Positions 1-8,600 of a stretch of DNA of 64,000 nt are shown here, in pieces. Below the pieces are notes generated by a model. It did not search any database and had not been told where the DNA came from. It saw nothing but the letters and a program-made list of their open reading frames with translations. A program made the position numbers and the translations under genes. Position 1 is the stretch's first letter. Every line of letters begins with the position of its first letter. This stretch comes from Nitrospiraceae bacterium (GTDB taxonomy: Bacteria; Nitrospirota; Nitrospiria; Nitrospirales; Nitrospiraceae). The stretch spans positions 96,001 to 160,000 of the forward strand of contig JBFWWG010000005.1 of the NCBI GenBank assembly GCA_050246315.1, in the 5' to 3' direction.

Positions 1-393
1 CCGAAGGACTTGAAGGTCGATCGGATGACCCCAGGGAGCTTCGATAAGCAAGGGCTTGCCGCCGCAGCGCTCGACCATGGTGACCAACCGCGTTCCGAAC
101 AGCCCGTTTACACCGACGACAACGACATCACCCGGCTCGATCACATTCACCAAGACGGCTTCCATCCCAGCCGAGCCGGTACCGGATAGGGCGAACGTGT
201 ACCGATTGTTTGTGTGGAAAACCCGTCGAAGCAGGACCTGTGTTTCGTCGAGCAGGGTCAAGAACGCAGGATCGAGATGGCCGATGATCGGCATGGACAG
301 GGCACGAAGAACCCGTGGATGGACCAGGCTTGGCCCGGGGCCGAGCAGGACGCGCGGCGGAGGAATGAGGTTCCCGATGGATGTGGATGCCAT
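1..393 (-). CDS. Alanine-glyoxylate aminotransferase family (class V PLP enzyme), 5' part; runs off the window start
   Basis: Manual translation from ATG at 393: MASTSIGNLIPPPRVLLGPGPSLVHPRVLRAL...GHLDPAF...SGTGSAGMEAVLVNVIEPGD...NGLFG, which are class V aminotransferase motifs. Absent from the ORF track because there is no stop in the window. Confidence 0.9.
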   Translation of the reverse strand, partial: MASTSIGNLIPPPRVLLGPGPSLVHPRVLRALSMPIIGHLDPAFLTLLDETQVLLRRVFHTNNRYTFALSGTGSAGMEAVLVNVIEPGDVVVVGVNGLFGTRLVTMVERCGGKPLLIEAPWGHPIDLQVLR

Positions 394-565
394 GCCGTTC
401 AGCCTTTGGAGTGGGATGCTGGGTGTGATGTGTCCTTCCGGGCCCAGGACAAATGCCTCTGCGAATAAGGGGGCGTAGTATAACGAAGACGAGGCTGCGC
501 GTCACGGGTGGGCTACAGCTATGATTTTCGAAGAGAAAGCCACATGTTATACTGACTAGGCGCTT

Positions 566-2089
566 ATGACCTTCGACCCTCCCGCGACGGCTGCTTCGAT
601 TCAACCGGAGCTTGATTCCTCTCAGAAGGAGTCGGAGGCTTGCGTGACGGGGCGTCACGTTGCGCCCGGCTCCTGGCAGTACCAACCTCGCTTCTCCTGG
701 ATTGTTACAACGCTCGCAGCCCTGGTGCTGGTTGCCAGCGTCGGCACCGTTGCCTACATCGCGTTGACCATGGACGGCTTGGAGCGTGTGCCGTGGCCGG
801 AACGAGCGCTGAGCCACATGGTCGGCCGAACGATGGATTTGGAGGAGGCCACCAGGCGGACGTGGGAATGGGAACAGATGCTGAACCGTTGGCTGACCGG
901 GAGCGAGCAGACGGCTCATTTGGAGGCCATTCAATGGTATCGCGAGTTGGCCGCCGTCTCGGACGATCCGCTCGTCAGTTTCCAGCTTGCAGTTCTTGAA
1001 GCGGAATTCGGAGAGCTCTCGAAAATCAAAGACAGGACCGTCCAATGGGCTCAACAGTCCGATCCCTATCGGTGGTTCGGCAAAGCCCTCGCCGTGGCCT
1101 ATTTGAAGGAGCCGGCTGATCATGAAGCAGTCATGGAGCTTCAGGCCGAGGTGGCCGACTTGTTGCCGGCCGGATGGTTCTACGATCGGCTGGCGTCTCG
1201 GCTGGCAGAACAGGCAGGAGATCCCATGCTTCCGAGGTCGCTGGAGCAGGCGGCGGCCGATCGATCTAACGAGTTGTTTGTCTGGTCGCGATGGCTGACA
1301 GCCATTGAGCTGGCAGCCATGGTCGGGGGGGCAGTAGTGCTCATCATGGTCTGGAGGCGGAGGAACACGGAACCACACTGGCTCCGCTACGGGCACTCGA
1401 CCTTGCCGCCTCCTTGGCCCGGCAGCTTTGGCGCGCACGTGCTCCTGCGGGGAGGGGCGATTGGCGCCGTCCTGATGTTGAGCTTTATCTTTCTCAGCGC
1501 CGAACATGCGGCCTTGCGGATGATTGCCGTTCCGCTCACAAACCTGCCGCTGTTGATGCTGGCGCAACGACATCTCTTGCAACCGGCCGGGTTGACGTTC
1601 AACGAGGGGTTCGGGTTGAGACCCCTACCGGGTCGAGCGTCACGACTCTCGTTGGCGGTTCCGGCGATCGTCGCAGCCGGACTGTTCGGCGAATGGATCT
1701 TGGGACGGATCGCAGAGCCGCTGAACCTGTCCAGCCATTGGACCGAATGGTTCGACGCCGACCTCGTGTGGGCTCCTGCGCCGATCTTGTCGCTCAGCTT
1801 GCTGGAGTATGTCGTGTTTGCCCCCGTCTTCGAAGAGATTGCCTTTCGCGGTCTGCTGTTCGGGCTGTTGCGTCGACGGTTCCCTCTAGCGCCGGCCGCT
1901 ATCCTCAGTGCCGGGATCTTCGCTCTCGCGCATGGGTACGGCATCCTCGGGTTTGCCAGCGTGTTTTGGAGCGGGCTCGTCTGGGCTTGGGCCTATGAAA
2001 AGACCGGGTCGCTCGTGCCGGGCATGGTCGCCCATGGCATCAATAATCTCCTGGTCTGTCTTGCGGTGATCGCGCTGCTCCGGTCGTAG
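566..2089 (+). CDS. CPBP (Abi/CAAX protease) family intramembrane metalloprotease with N-terminal soluble domain
   Basis: C-terminal EEIAFRG, FALAH and AHGINN motifs; many TM segments. Confidence 0.88.
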   Translation: MTFDPPATAASIQPELDSSQKESEACVTGRHVAPGSWQYQPRFSWIVTTLAALVLVASVGTVAYIALTMDGLERVPWPERALSHMVGRTMDLEEATRRTWEWEQMLNRWLTGSEQTAHLEAIQWYRELAAVSDDPLVSFQLAVLEAEFGELSKIKDRTVQWAQQSDPYRWFGKALAVAYLKEPADHEAVMELQAEVADLLPAGWFYDRLASRLAEQAGDPMLPRSLEQAAADRSNELFVWSRWLTAIELAAMVGGAVVLIMVWRRRNTEPHWLRYGHSTLPPPWPGSFGAHVLLRGGAIGAVLMLSFIFLSAEHAALRMIAVPLTNLPLLMLAQRHLLQPAGLTFNEGFGLRPLPGRASRLSLAVPAIVAAGLFGEWILGRIAEPLNLSSHWTEWFDADLVWAPAPILSLSLLEYVVFAPVFEEIAFRGLLFGLLRRRFPLAPAAILSAGIFALAHGYGILGFASVFWSGLVWAWAYEKTGSLVPGMVAHGINNLLVCLAVIALLRS

Positions 2090-2422
2090 GACCTCTCCAA
2101 CAGTGATCTTTCTGCTGTGGCGAACGATCTGCGGCCATCTGCGTCGTTCTCGGGCGGCAAGAATACTCAACGTATTCCAATGGGAAGAGGTGTGTCTCGG
2201 CGTACCTGGGGTTGGGCGGATGAGCTGGTTACGCTTCCGGTTTGTCCGGGCCTGCGGCCTCGCAACTGACCGGGTACCCATTGCCTGGCGCCGTGCAATG
2301 GGTGAAACCTTCGCCTCGTCACGAACTGCAATGTCGGACTGGCTCCTAGCCCGCTCCTCATCAATGTGCAATGCCGCACCATGCACACCGTGCGAAAAGT
2401 GATCACGCTGCTCCGGTCGTAG
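2066..2422 (+). repeat. 24-bp direct repeat of the 3' end of the CPBP gene (2066-2089 and 2399-2422)
   Basis: gtgatcgcgctgctccggtcgtag vs gtgatcacgctgctccggtcgtag, 23/24 identical. Confidence 0.9.
2087..2349. mobile_element. MITE-like element, family A, expanded copy
   Basis: Colinear with 15106-15293 (gcgaacgatctgc..atctgcgtcgttctc..ctcaacgtatt..cctgcggcct..ttcgcctcgtcacgaa..ggctcctag), with two extra internal segments. Confidence 0.75.
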
Positions 2423-2668
2423 CCCACTCCCCATCCACACGCTTCGTTCATCGACCGGCACACAGATGAATGCACCTAGGCGTATCCGTGTGGATATTGA
2501 TGCTCTGCGGTCTGATGCAGACCGGCCTGGCCGATTGAGTACTTACGTCGCGCACAAGGAGATCCTGGCCCATCAGACCAAGACCTAGCCCGTCTCGGCA
2601 TCGCGCTTGCCTTGAGAGAAGACCTTGGGCCAACTCCCCACCCTTCCAGGCACAATATGGAGGCTGCC

Positions 2669-4165
2669 ATGGTGCACCGGAGTCCTCGAATGATAGCCGG
2701 TTTCAGTGGATTGGTTCTCGGCGCATGGCTTGCCGCCTGCAGCGGAGACAATGGCGGAGTCCCTCCGGAGACGACCGGAGGCGGAGGAGAAACGACCCCG
2801 GCCACCAGACTGGTCTACCTGGCGGATCAGGAGATCGATGGAGTCTACGAAATCTATGAGGCCGGCTCCGGCATCAAGCTGAATCCCTCTCTGTCGGCCG
2901 GGCGCCAGGTCTTCGATGATTACCAGATCCTGCCCGATCGCTCCGGTGTGGTGTATCGGGCAGTTCAGGATAACGACAATCTCACGAATCTGTATCTAGC
3001 GAAATTCGACGAGCCCGGCGTCAGCATCAAGCTGAATCCATCGCTGACCGGGGCGCAGGACGTAATAGGGTTTAGTTTCGTCCCCGACGGTTCAGGAGTG
3101 GTGTACCGCGCGGATCAGCAGACGGATGACGTCTTTGAGTTGTATTGGGTCAGGTTTTCCAACCCTGGCACGAGTACCAAGCTGAATGGACCGTTGGTCG
3201 CCGGGGGGGATGTCTCGATGTTCGTGGCCCTTCCAGACAGTACAGGCGTGGTCTATGTGGCCGACCAAAACATTGACCAGAAGGATGAACTCTTCCTCGT
3301 GTCGTTCACGGCGCAACCTACGAGCCAGAAACTCAATTCACCGCTGGCAGACGATAAGGGCGTGTACGGCCCACAGGTCCTTCCAGACAGCAGGGGGGTG
3401 GTCTACCTTGCCAAGGAGACGAGTCTCTCGTCGTATGAGTTGTACCGCGTGCTGTTCAACGCGCCCGGGAGCAGTACGAAGCTCAACGGGCGCTTTGCTT
3501 CATCGTCCTATGACTATGTGTTGGCGCCCGCCGTCACACCGGACGGGTCTGGCGTCGTATTTCTGGGACCGGGAGATCCCGGTCTCGGCCACGAAATCTA
3601 CCGTGTGACGTTCGCGAAGCCCGGAGTCAACGTCAAATTGAATAGCCCGTTGGCTGCGGGACTTACTGCCGTCATCAGCTTTGAGCTGCTCCCCGATAGC
3701 ACAGGGCTCATCTATTTTACAAATCAAGACATGGGTGATGGGATTGATCTCTATCGGGCAAATTTTGCGACTCCCGGTACCTCCGTCAAGGTTAGCGGCT
3801 CTCCCTTTGATCCGGATAGGGTGGTCAGACCCCGGTTCACGGTGACGCCGGACTCGCAAAGCGTGGTCTACGTGGTCGTGACCAGTTTTCCTCGAACAGA
3901 ACTCTGGTACGTCGACCTCGAAATGCCAGGTCTAGCCACTCTGCTGAAGGGCCCGCCGCTCACCTTTTTCTATGACCAGTTAGGGCCTGTCTTGAGTGTT
4001 AGGATGGAGGTGACACCGGACAGCAAAGGGCTTCTCTATGTAGGGTCTGAAACCGCCGGCGTGGATGAATTGTTCCAAGTCAATTTTGCCACACCCGCCA
4101 CCGCGGTGAAGCAGAACGGCGCGTTGGTGACTAATGGGAATGTGAAGAACTTTGCCGTTCGCTAG
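2669..4165 (+). CDS. Lipoprotein with 9 tandem ~50-aa TolB/WD-like repeats (predicted beta-propeller)
   Basis: RBS ggagg before ATG 2669; lipobox LAAC; Gly/Pro/Thr linker; repeat consensus VVY.ADQ..D...ELY.V.F..PG.S.KLN.PL......V..F...PD..G. Confidence 0.85.
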   Translation: MVHRSPRMIAGFSGLVLGAWLAACSGDNGGVPPETTGGGGETTPATRLVYLADQEIDGVYEIYEAGSGIKLNPSLSAGRQVFDDYQILPDRSGVVYRAVQDNDNLTNLYLAKFDEPGVSIKLNPSLTGAQDVIGFSFVPDGSGVVYRADQQTDDVFELYWVRFSNPGTSTKLNGPLVAGGDVSMFVALPDSTGVVYVADQNIDQKDELFLVSFTAQPTSQKLNSPLADDKGVYGPQVLPDSRGVVYLAKETSLSSYELYRVLFNAPGSSTKLNGRFASSSYDYVLAPAVTPDGSGVVFLGPGDPGLGHEIYRVTFAKPGVNVKLNSPLAAGLTAVISFELLPDSTGLIYFTNQDMGDGIDLYRANFATPGTSVKVSGSPFDPDRVVRPRFTVTPDSQSVVYVVVTSFPRTELWYVDLEMPGLATLLKGPPLTFFYDQLGPVLSVRMEVTPDSKGLLYVGSETAGVDELFQVNFATPATAVKQNGALVTNGNVKNFAVR

Positions 4166-5021
4166 TGTCAGCCGGGTCTCTTGACAGGGAATACGGCTGA
4201 TCAGGCTGGTTTCGAGGGGCAGTAAGCTGGGCCAATGCCGCGAAGAAGTCGGGATGCCGGAACCGGTATCCGATCTGATCGCGTAGTTTTCTGATCGCAA
4301 TGCACTTGCCGGGGCGTTGATCCAATGGCGTCCTGTGAGCCGTCACACCCCAACATTCGATCGCCGCTCGACAGATGTCCTCCCAAGTCCGCGGGATTCC
4401 GTCGCTGACGTTGTAGACCTCGCCGGGGATCCCCCGCTCCAGCGCCGCCAGACAGATGGCGGCGAGATCCTCTACATGAATCAGGTTCACATACTTGCGT
4501 GAGAGACCGACCTTGCCACTGCTGATCCAGTTCAGCGGGTTGCGTCCCGGACCGTAAATCCCTGCCACGCGCAACAGGATCGCGCCACAGTTCTGTCGTA
4601 AGAATTCTTCGCCCTGTACGCGCGGGCTGCTCATATCGATGGGAGCAGTTTCGTCCATCCAGGGGGGCGGATAGTCGGTCGATGTGCGAGCGACGTCGTA
4701 GGCAGAGGTGCTGCCTAGCACGACCAATCTTCGAACTCGCGGTCTCAGGTATTCGGCGAACCGTTGAACCGATTCAATCGGTTGGGCGGGAAAGCACCAG
4801 ACGATATCGGCGCGGTCAGGCAAATTGGACCATTGCGCTGGGTTATCCAAGGCAAAGGGAAGACGAAAACGATCAGGAACAAACTCAAGATTTGCCAAGG
4901 GGTTGCGGCTCGTGGCGAGTAGGGAATGGCCTCTCTGCGACAGCAGCGCGTATAGATGCCGACCGGTATATCCGGCCCCGAGGATCACAATCGGTAAATG
5001 AGACGTCACTTCCTGCGCCAT
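4131..5021 (-). CDS. NAD-dependent epimerase/dehydratase (atypical SDR, YeeZ-like)
   Basis: ILGAGYTG Rossmann motif; LRVAGIYGPGR; NLIHVEDLA; start chosen at MAQEV. Confidence 0.85.
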   Translation of the reverse strand: MAQEVTSHLPIVILGAGYTGRHLYALLSQRGHSLLATSRNPLANLEFVPDRFRLPFALDNPAQWSNLPDRADIVWCFPAQPIESVQRFAEYLRPRVRRLVVLGSTSAYDVARTSTDYPPPWMDETAPIDMSSPRVQGEEFLRQNCGAILLRVAGIYGPGRNPLNWISSGKVGLSRKYVNLIHVEDLAAICLAALERGIPGEVYNVSDGIPRTWEDICRAAIECWGVTAHRTPLDQRPGKCIAIRKLRDQIGYRFRHPDFFAALAQLTAPRNQPDQPYSLSRDPADTSERQSSSHSH

Positions 5022-5267
5022 GAAATCGAGCCAGTGTATTCCAGCGACGCCCCGGCCGCCAAGAACCATGTTGCAGAAAGAAAATTCTCCATGTTAGGGT
5101 ATCTCCTCAACCCAGTCCAAGATGAGCAGATCTTCGAGGGGAGACCGGTAGCGATGACCGCCCCTCTTCCATAGCTCATTCCTCTGCAGCGCGCCTATCG
5201 AGAGGCACGGGTACCCTCACACTCCGCGAGAGCCAGCACACGAGGCCGATCGCCGTAAAGGTCATGT

Positions 5268-5516
5268 ATGGCATTGCACCAACACACCTTGCCTCAAGAC
5301 GAACTGTCAGGCCGCTCCGACGATGCGCCATGGTCGCTCGACGATCGAACTCAGCAACTGGAGCAGATGCTGGATGTCCACTGTCCAAAATGTGGGGGCG
5401 CTTGTGCGAGGAGCCGCCGCCGCGGCCTGCGCGATTGGCTACTGCGGTTCATGGCGCTTCATCCATGGCGTTGTCAGACATGCCGTGTTCGGTTCTACAT
5501 CCGGCGCCGCCGATAA
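5268..5516 (+). CDS. Small Zn-ribbon protein (CPKC...CQTC), basic
   Basis: HCPKCGG...RSRRRGLRDWLL...PWRCQTCRVRFY, two CxxC pairs; start uncertain. Confidence 0.6.
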   Translation: MALHQHTLPQDELSGRSDDAPWSLDDRTQQLEQMLDVHCPKCGGACARSRRRGLRDWLLRFMALHPWRCQTCRVRFYIRRRR

Positions 5517-5652
5517 GAGTAGGGCTGCCCCATTCACGCCAGCCACCTCGCGCGTATCCCGTGTCAACCATGGAGCTCAAGGTTCCTTGTCCGCATCGCT
5601 GCCGTGCTCTCGGTGTCCATCGGTTCCTTCCGCGTGGTAGGATTTTCCGCTC

Positions 5653-8600
5653 ATGCCGCTCTCTTCCTTTCATCCCATTATCTCAGAGTGGTTTCGGATG
5701 CGATTCGGCGCGCCGACCGATGTCCAGGAGCTGGCTTGGCCGGCGATTCGATCCGGCTCCGATACACTGATCGCCGCACCGACCGGGTCCGGTAAGACGC
5801 TGGCGGCCTTTCTCACCTGCATCGACAGCCTCTTCACACAGGCCCTGGATCGTGAACTGGAGGACCGCACCCAAGTTCTCTACGTGTCTCCCTTGAAGGC
5901 TCTCAGTAACGACGTCCAGAAGAATCTCCAGCAACCGTTGAACGAGATCGGCCAGGCGGCCCTGACGCAGGGATTGTTGCTGCCGGAGCTGCGCGTGCTC
6001 GTCCGGACCGGCGACACCCCGATGGCCGAGCGGCAGCGAATGCTGCGCCGCCCGCCTCATATTCTGATTACAACTCCGGAGTCGCTGTTCATCCTGCTCA
6101 CGGCGGAAAAGAGCCGGGCGCTGCTACGTACGGTGCGCACCGTGATCGTCGATGAGATCCATGCGGTCGCGGCGACGAAGCGCGGCGCGCATGTGGCCCT
6201 TTCACTGGAACGGCTCGAGGTCTTGACAGACATGAAGCCGGTGCGAATCGGCCTCTCGGCCACGCAGCGGCCGATCGAGACGGTGGCGCGGTTCCTCGTT
6301 GGCGATCGCCCGTGCCCGCGAATTGTCGATGTCGGACATCGCCGTACGATGGATCTCGCGGTGGAGGTGCCGAAGGATGAACTCAGCGCCGTGGCCACCA
6401 ATGCCATCTGGGGCGACATCTATGACCGGATAGCCGACCTGGTCCGGGCGCACCGGTCCACCCTGGTGTTCGTGAACACGCGCCGCCTGGCAGAGCGCGT
6501 CGCGCATCATCTGGAGGAACGGCTTCAGGATCTGGGCGCCGATGCCGTGGCTGCACACCACGGGAGCCTCTCCCGGCAGATTCGCCTGTCGGCGGAGGAG
6601 CGGCTTAAGTCGGGTCGGACCCGCGTGGTGGTGGCCACGGCCTCGTTGGAATTGGGCATTGATGTCGGGACGGTGGACCTCGTCTGTCAGATCGGCTCGC
6701 CGAGAGCCATCGCGACCTGCTTGCAGCGGGTCGGGCGTGCGGGCCATTGGGTTAAGGCCATCCCGAAGGGCCGTCTCTTCGCCGCAACGCGGGACGAGTT
6801 GATCGAATGCGCCGCCTTGATCCGTGCGATTCGAAGCGGCTTGCTCGATCGGATTGCAGTCCCTCCGGCCCCGCTCGATATTCTCGCCCAGCAACTCGTG
6901 GCCGCAGCTGCCACGCAGGCCTGGAGCGAAGATGATCTCTATGCCTTGAGCCGCCGGGCCTACCCCTATCGCGAGTTGGATCGGGCGAGGTTCGATGAAG
7001 TCTTGCGGATGCTGGCGGAAGGGATCGCGACCTCGCGCGGACGGGGGCAGGCCTACCTTCACCATGATCGCATCAACCGTCGCGTGCGAGGCCGACGCGG
7101 AGCGAGGCTGGCGGCCATCACCTCTGGCGGAGCCATTCCCGACAACGCCAACTATGTGGTGGTGGCGGAGCCGGAAGGCACGGTCGTCGGGTCTGTCGAT
7201 GAAGATTTCGCGGTCGAGAGTCTGGTGGGCGACATCATGCTGTTGGGTAATACCTCTTGGCGGATCAAAGGGATCGAAATGGGAAAGGTCCGTGTCGAAG
7301 ACGCCCAGGGTGCGCCGCCCAATATTCCGTTCTGGCGGGGAGAAGCGCCTGCCCGCACGGCTGAACTCTCAGCGGAGGTGGCTTGGGTGCGAAGGGAGAT
7401 CGACCGGTTGGTCGATCCACAGAGCGGGGAATCAGCCTTGCGTTGGCTCAAGGAGGAATGTGGTTTACCGGAACGAGGAGCCCAACAGGCGGTGGAGTAT
7501 GTCTTGGCTGGAAAGGCCGTCCTTGGGACGGTGCCGACGCAGGAGACCGTCGTCGCTGAGCGGTTCTTCGATGAGAGTGGAGGGATGCAGTTGGTCATCC
7601 ATGCTCCCTTCGGAGGAAGGGTCAACAAGGCCTGGGGGCTCGCGCTCAGAAAGCGGTTCTGCGTAACCTTCGATTTCGAATTGCAGGCGGCCGCGACCGA
7701 TGAAGGTCTGGTGATCTCCCTCGGCGAAAAGCACAGTTTTCCGCTGGAGACGGTGTTCAGCTTTCTCCAGGCCACGACTGTCCGCGACGTGCTGGTCCAG
7801 GCGGTGCTGGCTGCGCCGATGTTCACGACACGGTGGCGCTGGAATGTCTCGCGCGCGCTGGCGCTGCTGCGGTTTGCCAAGGGTAAGAAAGTGCCGCCGC
7901 AGATACAACGGATGAAGGCAGAGGACCTTCTGGCGGCGGTCTTCCCAGACGCCATCGCCTGTCAGGAGAATTTGCGCGGCGATGGGATTGGCGGCGTCGA
8001 ACGGCGGATTCCCGACCATCCGCTGGTGGAGGAAACGTTGCGTGATTGCCTGACCGAAGCGATGGACGTGGAGGGGCTGATCACATTGTTGCGCCGGCTG
8101 GAAGAGGGGACGATTCGTGCCGTGGCAGTGGAGACCCCCATGCCCTCCCCCTTCAGCCATGAGATCCTCAACGCCAACCCCTATGCGTACCTGGACGACG
8201 CCCCGTTGGAGGAGCGTCGGGCTCGCGCCGTGGACATGCGGCGCACGCTGCCCCCTGAACTGGCGGGGCAGTTCGGAGCCTTGGACCAGGCCGCCATTGC
8301 CGAAGTCGCCCAGGAGTCCTGGCCGGTCGTACGGAATGCCGACGAGCTGCACGATGCCTTGCTCACGCTCGTGTGGGTGCCGCAAGCGGAAGCGCCAAAT
8401 TGGGAAGCCTATCTGTCGGAGCTGGTGACGGCGCAGCGAGCCTGCGTGCTCAATGTGCCGCAGGAAGAAGCGGCTGGTGATGGTCATCCCGATCAAATCA
8501 CACCTCGGATTTCTGGAACCCCTGTCAACCTCACCGGCTGGGTGGCCACGGAACAGGTCCCGCTGGCTCTTGCCCTCTTTCCTTCTGTATCGCTTGAGGA

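Noticed and set aside
128..1582. 484-aa minus-strand ORF and other long antisense ORFs (7465-8853, 23914-24906, 32210-33196, 44964-45959)
   Set aside because: Shadows of well-supported genes on the other strand in GC-rich DNA; no motifs.
2669..4165. Diversity-generating retroelement target or template repeats in the propeller genes
   Set aside because: No reverse transcriptase in the window and no near-identical repeat pair differing only at adenines was seen.
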